DNA of 48,272 nt from a bacterium (GTDB lineage: Bacteria > Patescibacteriota > Microgenomatia > UBA1400 > UBA12108), in the NCBI GenBank assembly GCA_043809365.1, contig JAZDDW010000009.1, positions 1-48,272 on the forward strand. Direction: 5' to 3'. Under the pieces are notes generated by a model. The model was not told the DNA's origin. It worked only from the letters and a program-made list of their open reading frames with translations, and did no database searches. Below, one piece after another: positions 36,738 through 46,060 of the stretch. The stretch's first letter is position 1, and every line of letters starts with the position of its first letter. Both the position numbers and the translations under genes were made by a program.

Positions 36738-38152
36738 ATGTCGTCTAACTTTTTCTTATAGGCTATTATAGCGTCTTTTTCCCGTACGTCAAGGTTGGGG
36801 AACAAGAATAGCCCACACTCCTGCCCCGCAGGGACTTTTTTTACCTCATCTTTCCCAATTCTCATCGACTTGATCCGTGCATCTTTGACTACTCCATCTT
36901 GTCTTATTAAATGGATGGTATCGCCCGTTTCCAATCGTCCGCTCTCCACTTGGCAACCCGCAATGTGATCTGCGTTGATCTCAAAAACTTTGATAATGAT
37001 GGCCTTCCCCAATTCTTCCTCGTCAATCGTGGGTTCCATCAACTTGAGGACTTTCTTTTCCAAATACTCGAGTAATTCGTAGATAATTTTATATGATTTG
37101 AGGACTACTTTCTCGCTGTCTGCCAGTTTTGCTACACTCGAGCTTACGTGAGCATTAAACCCGAGGATGATCGACCCCGTGGCACTCGCCATCAGTACAT
37201 CACTTTCCGTGATATCTCCAGTTGAGGAGGAAATCACGTTTGAGTCAGCAGTCAAACTCCCCAAAATGGCCTCCAATGATCCGGCTGTATCTGCCTTAAT
37301 AATCAAATTTAATTGTTTTACATCCAGAAGTTCTGGACTTTTTGGTAGTTCGGGACTTTTTTCCGTTACCAAATTAGAACCTTCAGTAATCACCTCTCCT
37401 ACCTGGGGAATCGTTCTAAACCCCAGGATTTGCACTGGCATACCAGGGAGTGCTTCTTTGAGACTTACTCCCGTGTCACTAAAGAGGGCCCTAACTTTAG
37501 CACTCGCGCTTTCCGTCCCCATCATCTCTCCGAGCCTTAGTGTTCCCGTTTTTACTACAGCCGACACCAGTACTCCTTTTTGTGGGTCGACCTTGGCTTC
37601 AATTATTGGTGCATGTAATTTTGCGCTGCTCTCATAGGGGAGTTCCTCTAGTTCGGACAATAGCAAAATTGTCTCTAGCAAGTTGTCTACTCCCTTGCCA
37701 CTTTTCCCCGCAATTTCGACAAACGGGACATTGCCCCCATAGCCTTCCACAAACACTTCGTGTTCAGTTAGTTTTGCCTTAACCACTTCACTATTAAAGT
37801 CTGGTTTATCCATCTTATTAATCGCAATTACATAAGGGATCTTGGCTGCTTTAATATGTTTAATTGACTCAATGGTTTGGGGTTGGACACTATCATCCCC
37901 CGCCACCACAAGCACCACGACATCCGCAATCGAGGTTCCCCGTGAACGCATCTTAGAAAAAGCCGCGTGCCCCGGGGTGTCGATAAAAGTTAGTTTTTTG
38001 CCTTTGAAAACTGCCTGGTAGGCTCCAATCGATTGGGTGATCCCTCCCTCCTCCTTGTCCGCCACATGGGTAGATCTAATATAGTCCAAGAGTGTGGTTT
38101 TCCCATGATCCACATGACCCAAAATGGCTACAATCGGTGCCCGTGTCGTCAT
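36734..38152 (-). CDS. infB: Translation initiation factor IF-2, short form starting at the G domain
   Basis: [20 protein letters not shown] lies at residues 4-23, with DTPGH and NKMD downstream. The protein is 472 aa. Confidence 0.93.
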   Translation of the reverse strand: MTTRAPIVAILGHVDHGKTTLLDYIRSTHVADKEEGGITQSIGAYQAVFKGKKLTFIDTPGHAAFSKMRSRGTSIADVVVLVVAGDDSVQPQTIESIKHIKAAKIPYVIAINKMDKPDFNSEVVKAKLTEHEVFVEGYGGNVPFVEIAGKSGKGVDNLLETILLLSELEELPYESSAKLHAPIIEAKVDPQKGVLVSAVVKTGTLRLGEMMGTESASAKVRALFSDTGVSLKEALPGMPVQILGFRTIPQVGEVITEGSNLVTEKSPELPKSPELLDVKQLNLIIKADTAGSLEAILGSLTADSNVISSSTGDITESDVLMASATGSIILGFNAHVSSSVAKLADSEKVVLKSYKIIYELLEYLEKKVLKLMEPTIDEEELGKAIIIKVFEINADHIAGCQVESGRLETGDTIHLIRQDGVVKDARIKSMRIGKDEVKKVPAGQECGLFLFPNLDVREKDAIIAYKKKLDDI

Positions 38153-39387
38153 TTCTTCTCTGCCTCCCGTTCTGCCTGGTAACGCACCATTTTTTCTGCT
38201 TCCTCAACGGCCATATTTTGTTTCTTGTGGAAACGTGCAATGGCCTTGACTGTTTCCTCCGGTCCCCTCGGGTCTAGTTCCGCAAAACTTATTTTGATCT
38301 CGTCTAGTTTTGTTTCCAGTTCGCTCACCTTGGTAATCTTCATCTCAATCAGGCTATTACGTAGTTTTGAAGACAATCCGAGGCTATCAATCTCAAATTG
38401 TTCAGTCCCAGTAGTCGAAAGGGCAATCTTCTTGGCTTCTGCACCCTTGATATCGATCTTGTATCCTGTCAGTTTGGCCGCAAGCCTCGCATTTTGTCCA
38501 CCCTTACCAATAGCCAGCGATAGCTGGTCATCTGGAACCGTGATTGTCGCTTTCCGTTTACTCTCGTCAATCACAACCTCGAGTCCCTCCGCCGGCGCCA
38601 GTGCCGCCTTAATGTACTCTGACAAATCCTTGGAATACTCGATAATATCGACTTTTTCCCCATTTAATTCATTAATTACTGCCTGGACTCGGATCCCTTT
38701 CTGTCCCACGCAGGACCCGACTGGATCAACTCCGTCTTGAATACTCTTGACCGCTAATTTGGTTCGGTGACCACTCTCTCGGGCAATGTTTACAATCTCT
38801 ACCGCTCCCGATCCCACCTCTGGTACTTCGCGGGCAAAGAGTTCTTTTACTAGCTCTGGAGCTGACCGAGAGACTACGATGGCTTTGCCTTTGTAGGTTT
38901 CCCGGATCTCCTTGATATAGACAGCCACTCGCTGATTCAGTCGGTAAAATTCGTTAGGAATAGCCTCGGCAGTCGGCATAATTGCTTGTCCTCGGCCGAT
39001 ATCCACCACAATATTGGGTCCATCAAAGCGCAAAATCATTCCCGTCACCATTGTGCCAACTTTATCGGAATATTCGCCGATGATCGCATCCTTTTCCGCT
39101 TCCCGGACTCTTTGCATAATGACTTGTTTAGCCACTTGCGCCGCAATCCGTCCAAAGCCAGCAGGGGTTGCATCTTTCCCGTCTTTTTGTACGGTAATCG
39201 CCCCCGTATCTTCGTTGACTTCGACAGTGTAACCCTCGAGCTGAACTTCCTCTTCGTATCCGAGATCACGCTTGAGAGCCGCGAGAATTGCTTGCTTGAT
39301 TGATTCGATGACTACTTTGACTTCGATTCCCCGTTCAGCACAAATCTGGTTGAGTGCTAGGGCAAATTCTGATTTTGTCTGAGACAT
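38149..39387 (-). CDS. nusA: Transcription termination/antitermination factor NusA
   Basis: S1 and two KH domains are present (GSCVGQKGIRVQ, AIGKGGQNARLA). AAGGAG lies 6 nt upstream of ATG 39387. Confidence 0.93.
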   Translation of the reverse strand: MSQTKSEFALALNQICAERGIEVKVVIESIKQAILAALKRDLGYEEEVQLEGYTVEVNEDTGAITVQKDGKDATPAGFGRIAAQVAKQVIMQRVREAEKDAIIGEYSDKVGTMVTGMILRFDGPNIVVDIGRGQAIMPTAEAIPNEFYRLNQRVAVYIKEIRETYKGKAIVVSRSAPELVKELFAREVPEVGSGAVEIVNIARESGHRTKLAVKSIQDGVDPVGSCVGQKGIRVQAVINELNGEKVDIIEYSKDLSEYIKAALAPAEGLEVVIDESKRKATITVPDDQLSLAIGKGGQNARLAAKLTGYKIDIKGAEAKKIALSTTGTEQFEIDSLGLSSKLRNSLIEMKITKVSELETKLDEIKISFAELDPRGPEETVKAIARFHKKQNMAVEEAEKMVRYQAEREAEKK

Positions 39388-39409
39388 AATTCTCCTTATT
39401 TTATTAATA

Positions 39410-39429
39410 AAGGTGGGTCGCCCCACCTT
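39410..39429 (-). terminator. GC-rich hairpin (8-bp stem, 4-nt loop) between the nusA promoter and the nusA SD: terminator/attenuator candidate
   Basis: The minus strand reads AAGGTGGG-gcga-CCCACCTT followed by tattaataaaataAGGAG. The U-tract is weak (UAUUAAUAAAAU). Confidence 0.5.
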
Positions 39430-39459
39430 CTCTAATTATCCAACTATACCTAAATTGGG

Positions 39460-39468
39460 ATTATAGCA
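39460..39468 (-). promoter_or_regulatory. Extended -10 TGcTATAAT upstream of the nusA leader
   Basis: The minus strand reads agagTGcTATAATcccaatt, starting 6 nt after the upstream TAG stop. The predicted leader is about 66 nt. Confidence 0.5.
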
Positions 39469-39470
39469 CT

Positions 39471-39722
39471 CTATTCTAAATCAGAAAAGTCCTCGTCCAG
39501 GATTTGTGTATCGTTGATATCTTTCTCAAGACTCTCAACATCATTATCTGTTGCAGGAGAGGGTATCGTTTCCAATTCTGCATCCGTCTGGGGAGCCACC
39601 GAGGCTGCGACTTCAATTTTTGGTTGCTCATCTGTTGCCGCTTCTTTTCCCGTTAGCGTAACCAAGTTACATCCCCCCAAAACTACCCCTGCCATCCCTA
39701 CCAACAATATTTTATTTATCAT
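39471..39722 (-). CDS. Small acidic lipoprotein candidate
   Basis: MINKILLVGMAGVVLGGC contains a lipobox (LGGC). GGAGG lies 6 nt upstream of ATG 39722. Confidence 0.5.
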   Translation of the reverse strand: MINKILLVGMAGVVLGGCNLVTLTGKEAATDEQPKIEVAASVAPQTDAELETIPSPATDNDVESLEKDINDTQILDEDFSDLE

Positions 39723-39735
39723 CTTCACTCCTCCA

Positions 39736-40245
39736 CTAATTCGCGCTCTCCACCGCAACTGACGCGGCCGGCAACGCTGGTTTAGATATAGTTTTGAGCG
39801 ATTTTAGTGCCTCTTTCAATAATTGATGTGTTTCAAGGAACAATCCCCTCGCTTCTTTGGCCAGATCTCTGGCTGCTAACCGTTCTATTTTTTGCTCCTG
39901 GAATTTGGTGGGGTCGAGAGCCCGGAAAGCCGCGATCGCCGCCTCGCCTTTGGATTTTGCCAATACCAGCTGGGCCATCGCCCCATTCAATTCTGCCTGG
40001 GTAGGTGCGGTATCCTTTCCTTGCCCCTTCAATGTATCTAGGCGCGTCTGAAATCTAGCAATTATTTTCTCCATGCGCTCGTAGTAAAACGTAAATCTTT
40101 TCTCCAATCGGTTGGCATGATTCTCTGCCACCTTACTCCGAAACTCTCCCACCAGCTCCCTCCGCTGTTCCCGCAATCCCTCGGCATGAACTTGTAGCGG
40201 TGTTACCAAACCTATCAAGAGAATCACAAACAATATTTTTTTCAT
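39736..40245 (-). CDS. Secreted all-helical protein, function unknown
   Basis: The signal peptide is MKKILFVILLIGLVTPLQVHA. AAGGAGG lies upstream of the ATG. Confidence 0.5.
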   Translation of the reverse strand: MKKILFVILLIGLVTPLQVHAEGLREQRRELVGEFRSKVAENHANRLEKRFTFYYERMEKIIARFQTRLDTLKGQGKDTAPTQAELNGAMAQLVLAKSKGEAAIAAFRALDPTKFQEQKIERLAARDLAKEARGLFLETHQLLKEALKSLKTISKPALPAASVAVESAN

Positions 40246-40269
40246 TCCGTCCTCCTTATCTTCTTCACA

Positions 40270-41139
40270 CTATAGCACGTTCTCCAGTTCCTCCACTAAC
40301 TGCCTCCCTCGCCGCGACAATTTTTCTGGCAACATGACTTTAAATTTGATGTACAAGTCACCTCGCCCAGAACCTCTCAGACGCTTGATCCCTTTACCCG
40401 ATAGTCGCACTGTTGTACTCGGCTGAGTTCCTGGGCGGATCTTGATAGTGAGCTCTCCCTCGAGCGTTGGTACACTCGTCTCTCCCCCGAGAATTGCGAG
40501 CGTCAGGGGGATTTTGTGATAGATAAACACATCATTGCCTTCGCGACGGAATAATTTATGTGGTTTGACGTTAATCGAGACATCAAACTCACTGTAGCGG
40601 ATCCGCGTCCCATCATCAGATCCTGCCGGAATCTTGACCGTGTACTGCCTACCCTGGTGTACAAACGACTTTTCGCTCCCATTAACCGCTTCCATAAACT
40701 CAATCGTCATAGAGTAATGAGGTTTTTGCTGGAATTGTCCCCCAAAGGGGTTGGCCCCGCCAAAGAATGACTCAAAAATATTAAAGGGGTCCGAAAATCC
40801 CTGGCCTTGTCCCCCAAACAAATCCTCAAACCCACCCCCAGTCGAATAGGTATATGTAAATGGTCCCTGACGGTAACTAGTGCCCCCTTGTCCACCACCA
40901 AACCCTGCCGAGGGGTCGAAGGCCGCATGCCCAAACTGGTCATACTTGGCCTTTTTTTCTGCACTGGAGAGAACCTCGTAGGCTTCGTTAATTTCCTTAA
41001 ACTTGGCCTCGGCTCCGGCTTCTTTGTTGCGGTCTGGGTGCCACTTGAGCGCCAGTTTGCGGTACGCACTCTTGAGCTCGCTCTCGCTGGCGCTCCGCGT
41101 AACTCCCAAGATCTCGTAATAGTCTCTTTTTGTTGCCAT
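40270..41139 (-). CDS. J-domain co-chaperone, class II (CbpA/DnaJ-like, no zinc-finger domain)
   Basis: DYYEILGV...HPDRN is followed by a G/F-rich stretch and C-terminal beta domains. No CxxCxGxG repeats are present. Confidence 0.85.
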   Translation of the reverse strand: MATKRDYYEILGVTRSASESELKSAYRKLALKWHPDRNKEAGAEAKFKEINEAYEVLSSAEKKAKYDQFGHAAFDPSAGFGGGQGGTSYRQGPFTYTYSTGGGFEDLFGGQGQGFSDPFNIFESFFGGANPFGGQFQQKPHYSMTIEFMEAVNGSEKSFVHQGRQYTVKIPAGSDDGTRIRYSEFDVSINVKPHKLFRREGNDVFIYHKIPLTLAILGGETSVPTLEGELTIKIRPGTQPSTTVRLSGKGIKRLRGSGRGDLYIKFKVMLPEKLSRRGRQLVEELENVL

Positions 41140-41146
41140 GTCTCGT

Positions 41147-41155
41147 ATTTTAGCA
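41147..41155 (-). promoter_or_regulatory. Extended -10 TGcTAAAAT, 7 nt upstream of the J-protein ATG (leaderless candidate)
   Basis: The minus strand reads cctcTGcTAAAATacgagacATG. Confidence 0.55.
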
Positions 41156-41172
41156 GAGGTTAATGGTTTTTG

Positions 41173-41181
41173 TGTTAAAAT
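41173..41181 (+). promoter_or_regulatory. Extended -10 TGtTAAAAT on the plus strand with no ATG 6-9 nt downstream; it would drive the G-rich element at 41192..41275
   Basis: Sequence is tttTGtTAAAATaaatctgttc. It is back-to-back with the J-protein promoter. Confidence 0.4.
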
Positions 41182-41191
41182 AAATCTGTTC

Positions 41192-41275
41192 TATACGGGA
41201 CGGGGTGTCGTATAACAGTAGTATCTGCGGCTGGGGGTCGTAGGGCCTCGGGGCAGCACCGAGCATCCCGACATA
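41192..41275 (+). ncRNA. Candidate structured RNA / cis-regulatory leader (family not identified)
   Basis: An outer helix pairs tat-a-CGGGA (41192..41200) with TCCCG-ac-ata (41266..41275). An inner hairpin pairs CTCGG (41247..41251) with CCGAG (41259..41263) across a 7-nt loop. Five G3-5 runs sit in an otherwise AT-rich spacer. Confidence 0.3.
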
Positions 41276-41304
41276 ACATAGTCAATCTCATAAAATAGCG
41301 AACC

Positions 41305-41313
41305 TGTTATCAT
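41305..41313 (+). promoter_or_regulatory. Extended -10 TGtTATCAT, 6 nt upstream of ATG 41320 (leaderless candidate)
   Basis: Sequence is accTGtTATCATgttcgtATG. Confidence 0.45.
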
Positions 41314-41319
41314 GTTCGT

Positions 41320-41838
41320 ATGCGATTATGTCATCTCTTCCGCCACGTGGACGATCATAGCCACTATCTGCGCAACTTCATTTTTGGGGTCGAGGACTCC
41401 CTCGTCTCCACCGTGGGCCTCTTGGCCGGGGTCGCAGCTGCTGCTATCTCTCAGTCCGCCATTATTACAACTGGCCTAGTCCTGATTGTCGTTGAAGGTT
41501 TTTCCATGGGAGTAGGTTCATTCCTTACGGAAGAAACCACCGAAGAAATGGAGGGTGGCAAACCCCAAACTTGGGGGGCTATTCGTGGTGGGGCCGTCAT
41601 GCTCGTCTCCTATTGTTTGGCTGGTCTGATTCCCCTGGCCCCCTACGCTTTTCTCCTTGGAAATACCGCTGTTGTTACCTCGGTCACCCTCTCGCTTGTT
41701 GGTCTTTTGATTCTTGGCTACGGAACCTCCCAGGTTTATCATCGTCCCCATCCCTTTCATCACGCATACAAAATGTTTGTCTTGGGGGGATCCGCCGTAC
41801 TTGTTGGGATGTTAGTTGGCAAACTCTTCCAAGTCTAG
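41320..41838 (+). CDS. VIT1/CCC1-family iron/manganese transporter
   Basis: The motif NFIFGVEDSLVSTVGLLAGVAAA is present, with 4-5 TM helices in 172 aa. Confidence 0.7.
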   Translation: MRLCHLFRHVDDHSHYLRNFIFGVEDSLVSTVGLLAGVAAAAISQSAIITTGLVLIVVEGFSMGVGSFLTEETTEEMEGGKPQTWGAIRGGAVMLVSYCLAGLIPLAPYAFLLGNTAVVTSVTLSLVGLLILGYGTSQVYHRPHPFHHAYKMFVLGGSAVLVGMLVGKLFQV

Positions 41839-41844
41839 TAAAAT
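41839..41844 (+). promoter_or_regulatory. -10 box TAAAAT, 9 nt upstream of ATG 41854
   Basis: Sequence is tagTAAAATagaccccatATG. The spacing is longer than in the other cases. Confidence 0.35.
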
Positions 41845-41853
41845 AGACCCCAT

Positions 41854-42867
41854 ATGTTTTCCTGGATTCGTGCCCACAAAATGTTGGTTATTGCCGTCTT
41901 ATTGGTCTTTTTTGGCGGGTGGTATTTTTTTGGCCGTCGTCCCCAAGTTGAGTACGCCGAATTTACTCCCCAGCGCGCAAGTATTAGTGAAACTCTTGAG
42001 CTCTCTGGCAAGGTCGTGGCGGATAAGTCAGCTACTCTGCGCTTTAGCGCTGGGGGTCTCGTGACTTATCTCGGTACCAAAGAAGGGGATCATGTCAAGA
42101 AATGGCAGACTTTAGCTAGCATCGATTCGCGCCAGCTCCAAAAAACCCTTGATCAAAAACTCAATCTCTACGCGATCCAACGGGGGACCTTTGACCAGAC
42201 AATCGATGACAACGACAACTCCGTGCCAGATAGTGATCTCGCCCGCACTCTCAAGCGGTTACTCGAGAAGAATCAATACCAACTAGACAATACGGTCAAA
42301 GATGTCGAGTATCTTGATCTCTCCCTCAAACTCTCGCGTTTGACTAGCCCGCTTGCGGGTATTTTAGTTCACACTCCGATTGACTCAGCCGGTGTGCAAG
42401 TTTTGGCAACTGACACTTGGACAGTCATCGATCCCTCCTCACTCTATTTCTCTGCCGATCTGGACGAGACCGATCTCCAGCGTGTTTCCGTAGGTCAAAA
42501 AGTGGTGGTCTCTCTCGATGCCTACCCCGACCGTTCGATGGTTTCCTCGATTTACTCCATTTCTTACAGTCCCAAAGAAACCACCTCCGGCACCACCTAC
42601 GAAGTCAAGATTGGACTCTCACCCTCCGATAACCAGGACTTGCGCCTAGGCTTAAACGGTACCGCCGGAGTTGTCCTCTCCGAGAAAAACGATACCCTCA
42701 CCTTACCCGCCAGCGCCATCACCAGTAGCGCCGGCAAATCAACAGTTTATCTTCAAGATGGTCGGAAATACATCGAAAAACCTCTCGAAATCGGGATCGA
42801 AAACGGTGGTGTAGTTGAAATCTTGAGTGGTATTAGTGAAGGCGATCATGTCTACGCCAAAAAATAA
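41854..42867 (+). CDS. Periplasmic adaptor (HlyD/MacA-like membrane fusion protein)
   Basis: An N-terminal TM helix is followed by lipoyl-like and beta-barrel segments and a central coiled coil. It lies directly upstream of the MacB-type ATPase and permease. Confidence 0.7.
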   Translation: MFSWIRAHKMLVIAVLLVFFGGWYFFGRRPQVEYAEFTPQRASISETLELSGKVVADKSATLRFSAGGLVTYLGTKEGDHVKKWQTLASIDSRQLQKTLDQKLNLYAIQRGTFDQTIDDNDNSVPDSDLARTLKRLLEKNQYQLDNTVKDVEYLDLSLKLSRLTSPLAGILVHTPIDSAGVQVLATDTWTVIDPSSLYFSADLDETDLQRVSVGQKVVVSLDAYPDRSMVSSIYSISYSPKETTSGTTYEVKIGLSPSDNQDLRLGLNGTAGVVLSEKNDTLTLPASAITSSAGKSTVYLQDGRKYIEKPLEIGIENGGVVEILSGISEGDHVYAKK

Positions 42868-43585
42868 ACCTACCAAGCCCGTCATTCGCCTTAGCCACAT
42901 TTCCAAAATCTATGAGTTAGGGGAAGCCAAGCTCCAGGTGCTCGATGATGTCTCCGTCACGATTCATGCAGGCGAGCTGGTTGCCATTGTTGGCCCCTCA
43001 GGGTCAGGCAAATCTACTCTCATGCACATCATGGGACTCCTCGACAAACAAAGTTCTGGCACAGTCGAGCTAGCCGGTCACGACGTGCAAGATATGAACG
43101 AGGTCGAGTTGGCCAAGATGCGCAATCAATATATCGGCTTCATTTTCCAGCAATTTAATCTACTAGCCCGCACTAGCACCCTCGAAAATGTTTTGCTCCC
43201 CACGCTCTACAGCACTCCTTTGGTAGACAAAACCCAGCAAGCTACCCAAATTCTCCGGGACTTGGGGATGGGGGAACGTCTCAAAAATTATTCCAACCAA
43301 CTCTCCGGTGGTCAACAACAGCGAGTCGCCATCGCTCGCTCGCTCGTCAACGATCCAGCCATTATCTTTGCCGATGAACCCACGGGTAACTTGGACAGTA
43401 AAAGCGGTCACGAGGTCGTAGAAATATTGACTAGATTAAACAAAGAAGGACGCACCATTGTGATCGTCACTCACGATATGGAACTCGCCCAAATTGCTCA
43501 TCGGATTATTAAAATTTTTGACGGCCAAATAGTCAGTGATACCGGAAAACCTGAAAACCGGAAAACTGGAGCACAAACACCATGA
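42848..43585 (+). CDS. ABC transporter ATP-binding protein (MacB/LolD type)
   Basis: Walker A GPSGSGKST, signature LSGGQQQRVAIARS and Walker B IIFADEPT are present. Confidence 0.9.
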   Translation: MSTPKNKPTKPVIRLSHISKIYELGEAKLQVLDDVSVTIHAGELVAIVGPSGSGKSTLMHIMGLLDKQSSGTVELAGHDVQDMNEVELAKMRNQYIGFIFQQFNLLARTSTLENVLLPTLYSTPLVDKTQQATQILRDLGMGERLKNYSNQLSGGQQQRVAIARSLVNDPAIIFADEPTGNLDSKSGHEVVEILTRLNKEGRTIVIVTHDMELAQIAHRIIKIFDGQIVSDTGKPENRKTGAQTP

Positions 43586-44796
43586 AAATTAGCACTCTCG
43601 CTCGCTCCTCCCTCCTCTCTATCTCTCGCAACAAAACGCGCTCATTTTTAACGATGCTTGGTGTTGTCATTGGAGTTTTATCTGTCATCTTATTGACTTC
43701 CATTGGCAATGGGTTAACTGTGTTTGTCGAGAAACAGTTCGAATCATTGGGCTCCAATCTACTTTATGTTTCCCCCGGAGAATTGGTTACCGAAGAGGGT
43801 AACTTTAGCCAAGAAGGTATGGCTCTTTCTCTGTCTACGTCCAAATTGACCGTAGCCGATGCCAATTCGCTCGAGCGCGTTGGATATCCTCTGGGCCAGA
43901 TCGCTCCTGTCATCGAAGGTAGTGTAGATATTCGCTCCAGTCAGGGGAAACGCAAGGGCTACTCTCTCGCCACCATCGCCGCCTACCGCGATGTTCGCAA
44001 CACCAACACCACCCAAGGACGCTTTTTCAACGATTCAGATGTCAGTAGTAGCCGCAAGGTCGTGGTAATCGGCAGTAAGATTGCGGAAAAACTCTTCGCG
44101 GGAGTTAATCCTGTGGGAGAAAATGTCACTCTCAATCGCGTCAGATTCGAAATTATCGGTGTTGCCGAGCCCAAAAGTAGCGGTAACATGGGGGGGCCTG
44201 ACATCGACAGCACGGTCTACATCCCCATCACGACTGCCAGAAGTGCATTAGGACAAGAAAAGATAACCTATATCTTGGTTCAGGTTGTGAGCAAATCAGA
44301 AATGATTCGTGCCAAAGCCAAAGTTGAAGAAATTATGTTAAAACGTATGAATAAAGAGGACTTCTCCGTTACCGACCAAAGTGAGATTCTCAAAACCATC
44401 CAGACTATCTTGGGCGTTCTCACCACTGGCTTGGCCGGCATTGCCGCCATCTCGCTGGTGGTAGGTGGGATTGGGATTATGAATATTATGCTTGTGGCAG
44501 TATCGGAGCGTACTAAAGAAATCGGTTTAAGGAAAGCCTTGGGTGCCACCCCCAGTAACATTCTCATCCAATTCCTGATCGAATCAGCCGTCATCTCCAC
44601 TGTAGGAGGTATTATTGGGATTATTTTGGGCGTGTTAGGAGCACTTGCCGTTCGCCCCTTCTTCCCCGCTACTCCCGAGATCGACTCAATCATTCTTGCC
44701 TTTGCCGTTTCGCTCGGTACGGGGATTCTCTTTGGTGTTTACCCTGCCCGCAAAGCCGCCCAACTTAGTCCTATCGAAGCTCTCCGCTACGAGTAA
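43582..44796 (+). CDS. ABC transporter permease (MacB periplasmic core + FtsX domain)
   Basis: The layout is TM1, a large loop, then 3 C-terminal TM helices. Motifs ERTKEIGLRKALGA and the C-terminal YPARKAA..PIEALRYE are present. The ATG overlaps the ATPase stop (ATGA). Confidence 0.88.
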   Translation: MKISTLARSSLLSISRNKTRSFLTMLGVVIGVLSVILLTSIGNGLTVFVEKQFESLGSNLLYVSPGELVTEEGNFSQEGMALSLSTSKLTVADANSLERVGYPLGQIAPVIEGSVDIRSSQGKRKGYSLATIAAYRDVRNTNTTQGRFFNDSDVSSSRKVVVIGSKIAEKLFAGVNPVGENVTLNRVRFEIIGVAEPKSSGNMGGPDIDSTVYIPITTARSALGQEKITYILVQVVSKSEMIRAKAKVEEIMLKRMNKEDFSVTDQSEILKTIQTILGVLTTGLAGIAAISLVVGGIGIMNIMLVAVSERTKEIGLRKALGATPSNILIQFLIESAVISTVGGIIGIILGVLGALAVRPFFPATPEIDSIILAFAVSLGTGILFGVYPARKAAQLSPIEALRYE

Positions 44797-44802
44797 GTAC
44801 GA

Positions 44803-44808
44803 TATACT
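44803..44808 (+). promoter_or_regulatory. -10 box TATACT, 6 nt upstream of ATG 44815 (leaderless candidate)
   Basis: Sequence is cgaTATACTgacattATG. Confidence 0.45.
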
Positions 44809-44814
44809 GACATT

Positions 44815-45180
44815 ATGAAGCGTATCTTCTTTCTCATTCTCCTTCTTGGTCTTGCCTATTTTGGTTATACGTATTATCAAAGTACCAGACTCTCCAGTTC
44901 CACTGTCTCAACGGAGGTATCGATCCCTGGTAATCTGGTGATTACCCAAGCTAGCGATAAATTGGGTGATATTGCCTCGGTCCTCGGCGCCAGCATTCAA
45001 AGTGCCTTGACTGACGGCAAAGAGATCCTCAATAACGCGACAAGTGGTCAGTCAGACCCGATTATTAATAAGGCTGTCAAAAATATCCAAAACGAACTCA
45101 AAGATCTCCCCCAAGAAACCGTCGAAAAAGTTAAATACGAATTTTGCAGAGACATAGTCACAGAGTATGAAAAGAAATAA
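44815..45180 (+). CDS. Small membrane-anchored/secreted protein, function unknown
   Basis: The N-terminal hydrophobic segment is IFFLILLLGLAYFGY. No family was recognised. Confidence 0.45.
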   Translation: MKRIFFLILLLGLAYFGYTYYQSTRLSSSTVSTEVSIPGNLVITQASDKLGDIASVLGASIQSALTDGKEILNNATSGQSDPIINKAVKNIQNELKDLPQETVEKVKYEFCRDIVTEYEKK

Positions 45181-45215
45181 ATAATGTAATTTGAGAATTT
45201 GAGATTGGAGAATTT

Positions 45216-46052
45216 ATGATTAGAAGAATAGGTGGCCATGTTTCCTGTTCTGGTGGCGTGCAAAATGCCATCACCAACACTATAAGTATTGGTGGTAATT
45301 GTATGCAAATTTTTGCTGGCTCCCCGCGGATGTGGGCGCGCTCACTATACCCTACCTCGGACGCCGGAGCGTTCCGCGAAGGCGTCTCCAATCATGATTT
45401 GTCACCCGTCTACATCCATGCTCTTTACTTGACCAATCTGGCTTCCGACAATCCAGAGTTACTCGCTAAATCTAAGGCTGCTCTCATCATGGATATGCAG
45501 AACTGCGCGGCCCTTGGCGGGTCTGGGGTAGTCCTCCATATTGGCTCTCATCAAGGTCGGGGTTGGGAACACGATCGTGCGCAGGTTATTAAAACAATTC
45601 AAGAAACTTTAAGGGAGACTCCCTTAAAGTCATATCTACTTCTCGAAAACTCTGCCGGCCAACAGGGGAAAATAGGCTCTCTACCAGAGCTTTCCGATAT
45701 ACTATATACAATTTCCGATACTCGACTTCGCGTTTGTCTTGATACTGCCCATGCTTTTGAGGCTGGTTATAATTTCCAGACCGTCTCCGGCCTCGATCTA
45801 TGGCTCGATGAGATCGAGAAAACCATTGGCTTTGCCAAGCTAGAGCTTTTACATTTAAACGATAGCAAAACCTCGCTCGGGTCAGGGCGTGACAACCACC
45901 AAAACATCGGCGACGGCTTTATCGGCACCGAAAGCCTCGCTCGCCTGATTAATCACCCCTCTCTTTCCCACCTTCCTCTCATCCTCGAAGTCCCGGGTGA
46001 TGGCACCGGTCCCGACAAAGAGAACATCGATCGGGTGAAGCAAATGCTATAA
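45216..46052 (+). CDS. nfo: Endonuclease IV (deoxyribonuclease IV)
   Basis: Motifs GGHVS, VLHIGSH, LLENSAGQ, CLDTAHAF and LHLNDSK...G.GRDNHQNIG are present. GGAG lies 6 nt upstream of the ATG. Confidence 0.93.
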   Translation: MIRRIGGHVSCSGGVQNAITNTISIGGNCMQIFAGSPRMWARSLYPTSDAGAFREGVSNHDLSPVYIHALYLTNLASDNPELLAKSKAALIMDMQNCAALGGSGVVLHIGSHQGRGWEHDRAQVIKTIQETLRETPLKSYLLLENSAGQQGKIGSLPELSDILYTISDTRLRVCLDTAHAFEAGYNFQTVSGLDLWLDEIEKTIGFAKLELLHLNDSKTSLGSGRDNHQNIGDGFIGTESLARLINHPSLSHLPLILEVPGDGTGPDKENIDRVKQML

Positions 46053-46053
46053 T
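46045..46053 (+). promoter_or_regulatory. Extended -10 TGcTATAAT, 7 nt upstream of ATG 46061 (leaderless candidate); overlaps the nfo stop
   Basis: Sequence is aaaTGcTATAATttaactcATG. Confidence 0.55.
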
Positions 46054-46060
46054 TTAACTC

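Noticed and set aside
41150-41178. A CIRCE-like inverted repeat (TTAGCAgag-N11-ttgTGtTAA) in front of the J-protein gene.
   Set aside because: Only about 6 of 9 positions match per half-site, and the spacer is 11 nt rather than 9. The same bases are better explained as two back-to-back extended -10 promoters: TGcTAAAAT on the minus strand and TGtTAAAAT on the plus strand.
41197-41253. G-quadruplex potential in the runs GGG, GGGG, GGGGG, GGG and GGGG.
   Set aside because: Only three runs are closely spaced. A four-run G4 would need a 27-nt loop. The signal is kept only as part of the structured-element finding, not as a separate call.
45188-45215. A short tandem repeat, aatttgag aatttgag attggag aattt, upstream of nfo.
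   Set aside because: There are only about 2.9 degenerate copies. Its last unit simply supplies the GGAG ribosome-binding site of nfo. No further function is supported.
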